A DNA stretch of 63,317 nt, the filler included, from Actinomycetota bacterium (GTDB lineage Bacteria > Actinomycetota > CADDZG01 > JAHWKV01 > JAOPZY01), in assembly GCA_025963875.1 (NCBI GenBank). It is 6 parts of 6 records of this genome, joined end to end, with 100 filler letters (N's around TTAATTAATTAA, not from the genome) between each part and the next. Parts side by side here need not be neighbours in the genome. Positions count along the whole stretch, not along the records: positions 38,114 to 51,397 come from JAOPZY010000096.1; 5 more parts are not named here. One strand, written 5' to 3'. The position numbers and the translations under genes were made by a program. Positions 38,448 through 47,198 of the stretch are shown here, one piece after another; positions within the stretch are counted from its first letter, which is position 1, and each line of letters opens with the position of its first letter. The notes below the pieces were generated by a model. It was not told the DNA's origin and did not search any database. It worked only from the letters and a program-made list of their open reading frames with translations.

Positions 38448-38801
38448 CTAGGCCTCCTCCCAGAAGAATTCCACGACGTAGCCGTCGGGGTCGGCGATCT
38501 TCAGGGAGACGAAGCCGGGCTCCACCCACCAGTCGACCTCCCGGATGCCCATGCCGGCCAGCTCCGCCCGCCGGGTCCGCACCGCCTCCTCGCCGGGGAG
38601 CGCCACACCGAAGTGGACCTCCCCCAGGCCCTCGGGTGGCTCGCCCCGAATCAGCGAGAAGGAGATGCCCCTCGGGGTGGTCACGACGAAGCCGAAGTCG
38701 GCCTCCCGTACGGCTCCCTCAAGACCGACGACGTCATGGTAGAAGGCGAGCGACCGGGCCGGGTCCCGGACGCCGAGGGCAAGGTGGGCGATGTCGGTCA
38801 C
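38448..38801 (-). CDS. VOC/glyoxalase-family protein
   Basis: HLALGVRD..RSLAFY, VHFG, DPDGYVVE. Confidence 0.85.
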   Translation of the reverse strand: MTDIAHLALGVRDPARSLAFYHDVVGLEGAVREADFGFVVTTPRGISFSLIRGEPPEGLGEVHFGVALPGEEAVRTRRAELAGMGIREVDWWVEPGFVSLKIADPDGYVVEFFWEEA

Positions 38802-38825
38802 GAAGGCCCCTGGGGAGGGAGGCCC

Positions 38826-41666
38826 TTATGAACAGCCGCTCGTGGTGGCGCACGACGGGCAGACGAAGCACGATCCTGCCGGCTGCATCGAGATGCCGCA
38901 CGTGTAGCACATCGGTGCATCGCTGGTGGTCCGCACGACGAGGCGGGGCTCCTCCGGAACCTCTGTCGAGGCGGAGATGAAGTCCGAAGGCTCCTCCTCC
39001 TGCTCCTTGCCGTGTCCGTTCGAGACCTGCGGCACCCCGCCGTCCAACGCCCGCTTGCGCTCCGCAGTGGTGAGCACGTTGAGGGACGCACGGTCCTCGG
39101 GGCTCAGGTAGTCCGCCGCCAGGCGCCGGAAGATGTAGTCGACGACGGATGTGGCGAAGCGGAAGTCGGGGTCGTCGGTGATGCCTGACGGCTCGAAGCG
39201 CATGTTGATGAACTTGTCGACGTAGGCCTTCAGCGGCACGCCGTACTGCAGGCCGATCGAGATGGCGATGGCGAAGGCGTCCATCACGCCGGCCAGCGTG
39301 CTCCCCTGCTTGGCGACCTTCAGGAAGATCTCGCCCAGCTCCCCGGTTTCGGGGTACTCGCCGGCGTTGACGTAGCCGTCGCAGTCGGCGATGCGGAACG
39401 AGGTGGTCCGCGAGGGCCGCTTGCGGGGCAGGCGACGCCGCGTGGGGGCCGGACGTTCCTCGACCTTCGGCTTGGCCTCGGCGACAACGACAGGCGGACC
39501 GACAGAAGGAGCGACAGGAAGGGCAGGGGCAGCGGCGGCCGCGGGCGCCTTCTTCTTGTCGGCCGACAGCGGCTGCCCCACCTTGCAGTTGTCCCGGTAG
39601 ATGGCGAGGTTCTTCAGGCCGAGGCGCCAGCCCTCGAGGTAGAGGGCCTCGATCTCCTCCACGGTGGCGTCCTCAGGCATGTTGACGGTCTTCGACGACG
39701 AACCGGAGAGGAACGGCTGCACGGCGGCCAGCATCCTCACGTGGCCCATGTAGTGGATCGGGCTCGTTCCCATGGCGCAGTCGAACACCGGATAGTGCTC
39801 CTGGTGCAGGTGCGGCGCCCCCCTCACCGTGTTGTTGTCGGTGACGTAGCCGACGATATCGGCGATGTGGCGGGGCGGGTAGCCCAGCTTCTTGAGCGCC
39901 TTCGGCACACCCTGGTTGGCGATCTTCATCGTGCCGCCGCCGACCAGCTTCTTCGTCTTCACGAGGGCAAGGTCGGGCTCGATCCCGGTGGTGTCGGCGT
40001 CGAGCAGGAAGCTGATCGTCCCCGTCGGGGCGATGAGGCTGACCTGGGCGTTGCGGTACCCGTATCGCTCACCGAGCTCGATGGCCTCGTCCCAGGCCAG
40101 CCTGGCCGCGTCGACCAGCCGGCTTGGCGCCAGCGAGAGGTCGATCTGGTCGACCGCGGCGCGGTGGCGGCGCACGACGGCGAGATGTGCCTCGGAGTTG
40201 CCAGGCTCGACCCAGCCCGGGTACGGACCCACGGCCCCGGCGAGCTCGGCCGACCGGCGGTAGGCGACCCCGCTCATGAGGGCGGTGATCGCAGCGGCCC
40301 ACGCCCGCCCGGCGTCGGAGTCGTAGGGCACCCCCTGCTGCATGAGCAGAGCCCCAAGGTCCGTGTAGCCGATCCCGAGGTCCCGGTAGGTCTTCACCAT
40401 GGAGCTGATCTTCTCGGTCGGGTACTCGGCGTTATGGACGGAGATGTCCATCGCCGTGAGAGTGGTCTCGACCGCGGCCGTGAAGGCGGGAACATCGAAT
40501 GTGCCCTCGTTATCGACAAATCGGGTAAGTCGGAGAGAAGCAAGATTACAGGAAGTATTCGCAGGACGGACGAATTCGCCGCACGGATTCGTTGCCTTAA
40601 TTGGTCCGGCCGCTGGCGAGGTGTGCCAGGCGTTCATCGTGTCGAGGTAGAAGACGCCGGGATCGGCGCACTCCCAGGCCGCCTCCGCGATCTGGCGCAT
40701 CAGCCCACGGGCCTTGACGGTCTCGACCGTGCGCCCGTCCTTGACCGCCTTCAGGTCCCAGTCCGCGTCGGCGAGGTAGGCCTCGAGGAAGTCGTCGGTC
40801 AGGCCGACGGAGTTGTTCGCGTTCTGGTACTGCAGCGAGTGGGAGTCGATGCCGTCGAGGTCCATGTCGAAGCCGGCCTCACGGAGGGCGCGGGCCTTGT
40901 GCTCCTCCCGGACCTTGCAGGAGATGAACTCCCCGACATCGGGATGGTTGACGTCGAGCACGACCATCTTCGCGGCCCGGCGTGTCGAGCCACCGGACTT
41001 GATGGTGCCGGCGGAGGCATCGGCCCCCCGCATGAACGACACGGGGCCGGACGCGGTCCCGCCGGAGGTGAGCAGCTCCTTCGACGACCGCAGCTTGGAA
41101 AGGTTGATGCCCGCCCCCGAGCCGGCCTTGAAGATCAGGCCCTCCTCGACGTACCAGTTGAGGATCGAGTGCATGTCGTCCTCGACGTCGAGGATGAAGC
41201 ACGCCGAGACCCTGGGTGGGTTGACGAGACCGACGTTGAACCACACGGGCGAGTTGAACGCCATCTTCTGCATCAGCAGGAGGTGGGTGAGCTCCGCTCG
41301 GAAGGTCTCGTCCGCTTCGCCGGCGAGGTAACCGTCCTCGGCGCCCCGGCCTGCGTACCAGCCGACCACCCGGTTGATCATGTCCCGGACCGACCGCTCC
41401 CGGCGGGGCGAGGCGAGGGGGCCGCGGAAGTACTTCTGGGCCACGATGTTGGTGGCGTTCTGCGACCAGACCTTGGGGAACTCGACCGCCTTCTGCTCGA
41501 AGGCGACCTTGTCGCCGTAGCCGATCCGGGCGTCTCGGATCTCCCATTCCACCTCATCGAAGGGGTCAACCCCCGGACGCGTGAAGTAGCGTTCCACACG
41601 AAGTTCGCCCACCCGCGACGCCTGAACGCCGTCACTCGTCTTCATTGCTCGTCCCTCCTCGGACAC
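38826..41666 (-). CDS. nrdJ: adenosylcobalamin-dependent (class II) ribonucleotide reductase
   Basis: FNSPVWFN, SACFI, GGSTRRAAKM, NPCGE, CNLASL, IAPTGTIS, SKTVN, YRDNCK, C-terminal CxxC..CxxC..GCS; start may be ATG 41645. Confidence 0.96.
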   Translation of the reverse strand: MSEEGRAMKTSDGVQASRVGELRVERYFTRPGVDPFDEVEWEIRDARIGYGDKVAFEQKAVEFPKVWSQNATNIVAQKYFRGPLASPRRERSVRDMINRVVGWYAGRGAEDGYLAGEADETFRAELTHLLLMQKMAFNSPVWFNVGLVNPPRVSACFILDVEDDMHSILNWYVEEGLIFKAGSGAGINLSKLRSSKELLTSGGTASGPVSFMRGADASAGTIKSGGSTRRAAKMVVLDVNHPDVGEFISCKVREEHKARALREAGFDMDLDGIDSHSLQYQNANNSVGLTDDFLEAYLADADWDLKAVKDGRTVETVKARGLMRQIAEAAWECADPGVFYLDTMNAWHTSPAAGPIKATNPCGEFVRPANTSCNLASLRLTRFVDNEGTFDVPAFTAAVETTLTAMDISVHNAEYPTEKISSMVKTYRDLGIGYTDLGALLMQQGVPYDSDAGRAWAAAITALMSGVAYRRSAELAGAVGPYPGWVEPGNSEAHLAVVRRHRAAVDQIDLSLAPSRLVDAARLAWDEAIELGERYGYRNAQVSLIAPTGTISFLLDADTTGIEPDLALVKTKKLVGGGTMKIANQGVPKALKKLGYPPRHIADIVGYVTDNNTVRGAPHLHQEHYPVFDCAMGTSPIHYMGHVRMLAAVQPFLSGSSSKTVNMPEDATVEEIEALYLEGWRLGLKNLAIYRDNCKVGQPLSADKKKAPAAAAAPALPVAPSVGPPVVVAEAKPKVEERPAPTRRRLPRKRPSRTTSFRIADCDGYVNAGEYPETGELGEIFLKVAKQGSTLAGVMDAFAIAISIGLQYGVPLKAYVDKFINMRFEPSGITDDPDFRFATSVVDYIFRRLAADYLSPEDRASLNVLTTAERKRALDGGVPQVSNGHGKEQEEEPSDFISASTEVPEEPRLVVRTTSDAPMCYTCGISMQPAGSCFVCPSCATTSGCS

Positions 41667-41707
41667 GGGCGACCCCCGTCGCGACCTTACCTCTATGATC
41701 GCGCAAA

Positions 41708-41754
41708 CCCCTACATATAGGGGTCAACGGGCGGGATGGCCCAAGATCTAGTTC
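41708..41754. promoter_or_regulatory. tandem NrdR boxes
   Basis: CCCCTACATATAGGGG (41708-41723) and GCCCAAGATCTAGTTC (41739-41754), 31 bp apart, match the CwAnATnTwG core directly upstream of nrdJ. Confidence 0.8.
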
Positions 41755-41818
41755 GTACCAGGATGTAATTACAAACCTGGAAGTGTGTCAATAGGAGTCG
41801 CGAGCAAATCGCGGAGCG

Positions 41819-42094
41819 CTACGGAAGAAGCAGACGTTCCCCCGGGTAGATGGGTCTGGGGCCCAGGTTGTTGAGTTTCTCCAGATCGTAGATGTAGTCC
41901 CGAGGGTCTTGCCGGCCGGCGTGACGCTCCGCCAGGCTCCAGAGCGTCTCCCCCGGCGCCACGACGTGGGTGAGGCGGGGGCCGGTGGCAGCGGCAGAGC
42001 CCGCCCACAGCGAGGGGTTGACGAGCCCCACCAACAGTCCGGCCCCCAAGGCGACCCCGGCGATGCGTGCGGCAGAACGCTTGTTCGGGCTCAT
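41819..42094 (-). CDS. LysM-domain protein, SOS-linked division-inhibitor type (YneA/ChiZ-like)
   Basis: TM segment plus HVVAPGETLWSLA...LNNL..IYPGERL; divergent from lexA. Confidence 0.85.
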   Translation of the reverse strand: MSPNKRSAARIAGVALGAGLLVGLVNPSLWAGSAAATGPRLTHVVAPGETLWSLAERHAGRQDPRDYIYDLEKLNNLGPRPIYPGERLLLP

Positions 42095-42141
42095 TGGGGC
42101 CGATGGTACGGCCACCTTTTGCCGAAAGTCAAGAGAAAAAG

Positions 42142-42155
42142 CGAACAAATGTTTG
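42142..42155. promoter_or_regulatory. SOS (LexA) box
   Basis: CGAAC-AAAT-GTTTG, one mismatch to GAAC-N4-GTTC, between lexA and lysM. Confidence 0.8.
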
Positions 42156-42238
42156 CCTCTTGCCCCGGGTTGGCCTACACTCCTGGCCAGGCACCGGAGA
42201 GTCCCGGAAAGATGCACGAAACGAGAGGGTACGGGAGT

Positions 42239-42874
42239 ATGGACGGATCAGACCTGACGCAGCGGCAGCGGGCCATCCTGGACTTCATCGTGGAAAGCGT
42301 CGAGCGGCGGGGCTATCCGCCGGCCGTCCGCGAGATCGGGCAGGCCGTCGGCCTCGCCTCGCCGAGCACCGTGCACGCCCACCTGCAGACCCTCGAGGAC
42401 CGCGGCTACCTGCGGCGGGACCCCACGAAACCCCGGGCCATCGAAGTGCGGTGGGGCGAGCACGCCCACGTCGAGCGGCCGGCCGCCCAGTCCCTGCCGA
42501 TCTACGGCTCCATCGCCGCCGGCCCCACCTCGCTCGCCGAGCAGGTGCAGGAGGGGACGCTCGCCGTCCCGGAGGACTTCATCGACGACACCCCGCACTT
42601 CGTGCTCCGGGTGAAGGGCGAGAGCATGATCGGGGCCGGGATCAACGACGGCGACTTCGCGGTGGTCCGGGTGAACGCCAGCCCCTCGAACGGCGAGATC
42701 GTCGCCGCCCAGGTCGAGGGGCCGACCGGCGAGTCCGAGGCGACGATCAAGCGGTTCCGCCGTGACGGGAACCGGATCCTGCTGATGCCCGAGAACCCTG
42801 CGATGGAGCCGATCGTGGCCCCGCCGGACGTCAGGGTGCTCGGCAAGGTCGTCGCGATCCTGCGCCGCCTCTAA
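42239..42874 (+). CDS. lexA: SOS repressor LexA
   Basis: LTQRQ, GYPPAVREIG, STVHAHL, IAAG cleavage site, GESMI (Ser), ATIKR (Lys). Confidence 0.97.
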   Translation: MDGSDLTQRQRAILDFIVESVERRGYPPAVREIGQAVGLASPSTVHAHLQTLEDRGYLRRDPTKPRAIEVRWGEHAHVERPAAQSLPIYGSIAAGPTSLAEQVQEGTLAVPEDFIDDTPHFVLRVKGESMIGAGINDGDFAVVRVNASPSNGEIVAAQVEGPTGESEATIKRFRRDGNRILLMPENPAMEPIVAPPDVRVLGKVVAILRRL

Positions 42875-42901
42875 CCGGCCCACCCTTTAACGCTGTTCCA
42901 G

Positions 42902-42953
42902 AATTCTTTGAGCATAAAACGACGTTAGAACGTACCTTGGCGCTCACAGAATT
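42902..42953. repeat. 52-bp AT-rich imperfect palindrome between convergent lexA and hflX
   Basis: AATTCTTTGAGC / GCTCACAGAATT (11 of 12), inner ACGTT-ag-AACGT. Confidence 0.65.
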
Positions 42954-42978
42954 TCCACAGAAGCATACGCCGAGAAGC

Positions 42979-44304
42979 TCAGACGCCGTCGGGGCCGGGC
43001 GCCTCCCGGCCGTCCACCAGGAACTCGCTGAACCGGGCAAGGACGTCCTGCGACGTCCTCACCTGGAGCCGGTACCCGTCCGACTCGAACGTCTCCTTCA
43101 GGACCTCGCCCTCCTCGTGGAGGCGGCTGCGGACGTCCCCCCGGTCGAAGGGGATCTCGAAGTCCACGATGAGCCGGGCTGCCGCCACCCGCTCCCCCAG
43201 GGTCGCCAGCAGGTCGTCGAGCCCGTCGCCGCGCGCCGCGGAGATGAACACGGCGTCCGGGTGCCTCGCCGCCAGCACCGCCGCATCGGCGTCCGAGACC
43301 AGGTCCCGCTTGTTGAAGGCCAGGATGGTCGGGATCTGTGAGGCGCCGATCTCGCCCAGGACCTTCGTCACCGCGTCCATCTGGCCCTCGGGGTCGGGCT
43401 GGGCGGCGTCGACGACGTGCAGCAGCAGGTCCGAAGACCCCGTCTCCTCCAGCGTGGAGCGGAACGCCTCGACCAGGGTGTGGGGCAGCTTCTTCACGAA
43501 GCCGACGGTGTCGGTCAGGACCGCATGGCGGCCATCCGGGAGGTCGAGCCGCCGGGCCGTCGGGTCGAGCGTCGAGAACAGGCGGTCCTCGACGAGGACC
43601 CCCGCCCCCGTGAGGGCGTTCAGCAGCGTCGACTTGCCGGAGTTGGTGTAGCCGACCAGCGAGATCTGCGGCACCCCGGACCGGACCCGGCTCTTGCGCT
43701 TCAGGTCACGGGTGCGCTCGACGTCGGCGAGGTCGCCCCGGAGCTTGGTCAGGCGCCTGCGGATGCGCCGGCGGTCCACCTCCAGCTTGGTCTCGCCGGG
43801 CCCCCTCGTCCCGATGCCACCGCCGAGGCGGCTCATGACGTCGGACCAGCCTCGCAGCCGGGGCGTGTGGTAGTTGATCTGCGCCAGCTCGACCTGGAGC
43901 TTGCCCTCCGCGGAGTGGGCGTGCTGCGAGAAGACGTCGAGGATCAGGCCAGTGCGGTCGATGATCTTGAGCTGGTTCGGGGCGAGGGGGTTGATCCCCG
44001 CCATGTCCTCGAGGTTGCGGCCCTGGGCCGGGGCGAGCTCGTCGTCGAAGATGATGGCGTCGGCGTGCAGGGCCTGCGCCAGCTCGACGACCTCCCGGGC
44101 CTTGCCCTTGCCGAGGTACGTCGCCGTGTCGGGTGTCTCCCGCACCTGGATCACCCGCTCGACCTCCTCGGCCCCCGCCGTGTCGGCCAGCAGGGCGAGT
44201 TCGTCGAGGGAGGCCTCCGCGGCCTCGAACTGGGCGTGGGAGGGCGCCAGACCGACGAGCACCGCCCGCTCCCGGATGTCCGAGTCGGGTCCCCGGTCGG
44301 ACAA
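42979..44304 (-). CDS. hflX: GTPase HflX
   Basis: GIGTRGPGETKLE, GYTNSGKST, LFSTLDPT, DTVGF, NKRD. Confidence 0.97.
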   Translation of the reverse strand: MSDRGPDSDIRERAVLVGLAPSHAQFEAAEASLDELALLADTAGAEEVERVIQVRETPDTATYLGKGKAREVVELAQALHADAIIFDDELAPAQGRNLEDMAGINPLAPNQLKIIDRTGLILDVFSQHAHSAEGKLQVELAQINYHTPRLRGWSDVMSRLGGGIGTRGPGETKLEVDRRRIRRRLTKLRGDLADVERTRDLKRKSRVRSGVPQISLVGYTNSGKSTLLNALTGAGVLVEDRLFSTLDPTARRLDLPDGRHAVLTDTVGFVKKLPHTLVEAFRSTLEETGSSDLLLHVVDAAQPDPEGQMDAVTKVLGEIGASQIPTILAFNKRDLVSDADAAVLAARHPDAVFISAARGDGLDDLLATLGERVAAARLIVDFEIPFDRGDVRSRLHEEGEVLKETFESDGYRLQVRTSQDVLARFSEFLVDGREAPGPDGV

Positions 44305-44308
44305 GCTG

Positions 44309-45475
44309 TCAGCGCTCCTTCAATGCACGGGCGATGCGCTCGACGCCCTCTTCGAGGCGTGCGTCGGGCAGCGTCAGGGAGAACCGGACGTGGCCCTCCC
44401 CCTGGGCGCCGTACCCGGCACCCGGCGCCACCACGACCCCCGCCCTCTCCAGCAGGAAGTCGGCGAACGCACCCGAGCTCTCGCCGTTGGGCGTGGGGGC
44501 GAAGACGTAGATCGCCCCCTTGGGGCGGGACAGGGTCCATCCCGCCGAGTTCAGACCCTCGATCAGGGTGTCCCGGCGGCGGCGGTACACCTCGCAGTTG
44601 GCGGCGACGGCGTCCTGCGGCCCTTCCAGCGCCTCGATGCCCGCCCGCTGCAGGGCGTTGAAGATGCCCGAGTCGATGTTGGTCTTCACCCGTCCGAGCG
44701 CCTCCACGGCGACCGGGGACCCGACCGCCCAGCCGATCCGCCAGCCCGTCATGTTGTAGGTCTTGGAGAGGGAGCCGAACTCGATCCCCACCTCCATGGC
44801 GCCCGGTGTCTGCAGGAGGCTGGGGGCGACGTACCCGTCGAAGGTGACGTCGACGTAGGCGGCGTCGTGGGCCAGCAGGAGGTTGTGCTGCCTGGCGAAC
44901 GACACGGCCCGGGCGAACGTGTCCGCACCGACGGTGGCGGCGGTCGGGTTGTTGGGGTAGTTGAGCCAGAGGATCTTGGCGGCCACGGCGTCGCCGGGGC
45001 TGATCTCGTCCAGCCGGGGCTGGAACCCGTCCTGGGCCGGCAGCGGGACCATGACCGGCCTGCCACCGGCGAGGATGGCGCTGGTGGCGTAGACCGGGTA
45101 GCCGGGGTCGGGCACCAGCACGACGTCGCCGGGGTCGACGAAGGCGGTGGCGAGGTTGTGGATGCCCTCCTTCGACCCGATGAGCGGCAGGACCTGCGAC
45201 TCCGGATCGAGGGTGACGCCGAAGCGCCGCTGGTAGTAGGCGGCGATCGCCCGCCGGAGTTCCGGCAGCCCGTAGTAGGAGGGGTACCGGTGGTTGGCGG
45301 GGTCGGCCACGGCGGCGACCGCGGCGTCGACGATGTTGCCCGGCGTCGGGCGGTCGGGGTCCCCGATGGCGAAGGAGATGACGTCGACCCCCCGGTCCCG
45401 CGCCTCGGCGATGCGCCGGTCGAGGGACGCGAACAGGTACGGCGGGAGTTTCTCGATCCTCTTTGCGGTTCTCAC
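44309..45475 (-). CDS. dapL: LL-diaminopimelate aminotransferase
   Basis: LPPYLFA, IGDPD.PTP, GSKEGI, NYPNNPT, HDAAY, SLSKTYNMTGWRIG, KTNIDSG; GTG 45475 overlaps the dapF stop. Confidence 0.82.
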   Translation of the reverse strand: MRTAKRIEKLPPYLFASLDRRIAEARDRGVDVISFAIGDPDRPTPGNIVDAAVAAVADPANHRYPSYYGLPELRRAIAAYYQRRFGVTLDPESQVLPLIGSKEGIHNLATAFVDPGDVVLVPDPGYPVYATSAILAGGRPVMVPLPAQDGFQPRLDEISPGDAVAAKILWLNYPNNPTAATVGADTFARAVSFARQHNLLLAHDAAYVDVTFDGYVAPSLLQTPGAMEVGIEFGSLSKTYNMTGWRIGWAVGSPVAVEALGRVKTNIDSGIFNALQRAGIEALEGPQDAVAANCEVYRRRRDTLIEGLNSAGWTLSRPKGAIYVFAPTPNGESSGAFADFLLERAGVVVAPGAGYGAQGEGHVRFSLTLPDARLEEGVERIARALKER

Positions 45476-46266
45476 GGCAGGGCCCCGTCGAAGATGTGCT
45501 TGGCGGGTCCGGACTGGTAGAGGTGCCCGCCGGGCCCCTTCTCGACGAGCAGGTCGCCCCCCAGGGTCCGAACGGTGGCCCGGTCGAGGCCGGCCGCCAC
45601 GACCGCAGCGGTCGAGCCGGAGCCCGATGCCAGCGTCACGCCGACGCCCCGCTCCCAGAAGCGGACGGAGAGCAGGTCGGGCCCGTCGACCTTGCAGAAC
45701 TCGACGTTGGTGCGGTTGGGAAACGACTCGTGGGTCTCGACCTTGGGGCCGAGCTGGGTGACGGGGGCGGTGTCGATGTCGTCCACCATGGTGACGGCGT
45801 GCGGGTTGCCCGTGACGACCTTGTGCCAGGTGCGGTCGAAGAGGTCGACGGTGCCCTGCACCTCGGCGGGCCCCATGTCCACCCGGACGCTGGACACCTC
45901 GCCACCGCTGACCGTGACCTCGATGACCTTCACCTGGCCCCCGGTCTCCACCTTGATGCGGGGCTGCGACCAGAGGCCCGCCTCGTGGAGGAACCGGCCC
46001 ACGCAGCGCAGGCCGTTGCCCGACACCTCCGCCTGGCCACCGTCGGAGTTGAAGAGGCGGAAGTGGAAGTCGTAGTCGGGGTTGGAGGCCGGGAGGATCC
46101 GGATGACGCCGTCGGCGCCGATGCCGAAGTGGCGGTCGCACATGAACCGGGCCAGCTCCGGGGTGACATCCTCGACGAAGATGAGGATGAAGTCGTTGCC
46201 GAGGCCCTCGTACTTCGAGAACTCCAGCGGTGGCCCCGGCGGACGCACGGGGATCTGATCGGTCAT
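45472..46266 (-). CDS. dapF: diaminopimelate epimerase (Ser/Ser active-site variant)
   Basis: FSKYEGLGNDF, CDRHFGIGADG, NSDGGQAEVSGNGLRC, GNPH, NVEF, WERGVGVTLASGSG. Confidence 0.9.
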   Translation of the reverse strand: MTDQIPVRPPGPPLEFSKYEGLGNDFILIFVEDVTPELARFMCDRHFGIGADGVIRILPASNPDYDFHFRLFNSDGGQAEVSGNGLRCVGRFLHEAGLWSQPRIKVETGGQVKVIEVTVSGGEVSSVRVDMGPAEVQGTVDLFDRTWHKVVTGNPHAVTMVDDIDTAPVTQLGPKVETHESFPNRTNVEFCKVDGPDLLSVRFWERGVGVTLASGSGSTAAVVAAGLDRATVRTLGGDLLVEKGPGGHLYQSGPAKHIFDGALP

Positions 46267-47198
46267 GCGGCCTCCCCCTTGTTTGGAAGCTTCTTGTGCG
46301 CCAGCAGGTGCGCCGCCGCGCCCGACGGATCGGACGTGAACCAGGTCACCCGCCGGTCGGCCTGGAACCAACCGATCTGGCGGCGAGCGAAGCGGCGGGT
46401 GCGGATCTTGGTCTCTTCGATCGCTTCCTCCAGGCTCAGGCGGCCGTCGAGGTGGGCGAGGACCTGGGCGTACCCGAGCGCCTGCACGGCAGTGGCCGAG
46501 TCCCGGAGCCGCTCCTCCCGGACGAGGCGCTCCACCTCGGCCACGAGGCCTCTGGCAACCTGCGACTCGACCCTGGCCTCGATGCGGCGGTGCAACTCGG
46601 GGCGGGGCTCGGTGAGCCCGACGACGGTGAGGTCGTAGAGCGAGCGGGGCTGCTCCCACGACGTGCGGAAGCTCGAGAACAGCCGGCCCGTCGTCTCGAG
46701 GACCTCGAGGGCCCGGATGGTGCGGCGGGCGTTCGGCGGGTCGATGTGGGCAGCCGCCTCGGGGTCGAGGGCCTGCAGCCGCGCATAGAGCGCCAGGGAT
46801 CCCTGCTCCTGCGCCTCCCGTTCCAGCCGCTGCCGCACCACGGGATCGGTGCCGGGGAACTCCAGCGGGTCGACGACCGCACGGAAGTACAGGCCGGACC
46901 CGCCCACGAGCAGCGGCAGGCGGCCCCTCGCCAGGACGCCGGCCACGGCAGCCCGCGCCATCGACTGGAACTGGGCGACGGTCAGCGTGTGCGACGGCTG
47001 GAGCACGTCGACGAGGTGGTGGTGAACCCTCTGCAGGTCCGCCGGGGACGGCTTGTCCGTCCCGATGTCCATTCCCCGGTAGACCATGGTCGAGTCCATG
47101 CTCACCACCTCGGCGTCGAGCGCCTCGGCGACCTCCAGCGACAGGGCGGTCTTGCCCGCGGCGGTAGGGCCGACGATCGCCAGCACCCGGTCGGTCAC
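46263..47198 (-). CDS. miaA: tRNA dimethylallyltransferase
   Basis: GPTAAGKT, DSTMVYRGMDIGTDKP, VGGSGLY, RRTIRALEV, FARRQ. Confidence 0.96.
   Translation of the reverse strand: MTDRVLAIVGPTAAGKTALSLEVAEALDAEVVSMDSTMVYRGMDIGTDKPSPADLQRVHHHLVDVLQPSHTLTVAQFQSMARAAVAGVLARGRLPLLVGGSGLYFRAVVDPLEFPGTDPVVRQRLEREAQEQGSLALYARLQALDPEAAAHIDPPNARRTIRALEVLETTGRLFSSFRTSWEQPRSLYDLTVVGLTEPRPELHRRIEARVESQVARGLVAEVERLVREERLRDSATAVQALGYAQVLAHLDGRLSLEEAIEETKIRTRRFARRQIGWFQADRRVTWFTSDPSGAAAHLLAHKKLPNKGEAA

Noticed and set aside
38826..41666. Intein or cobalamin riboswitch at nrdJ
   Set aside because: Protein length and motifs are continuous with no splicing or LAGLIDADG motifs; the upstream region shows only NrdR boxes.
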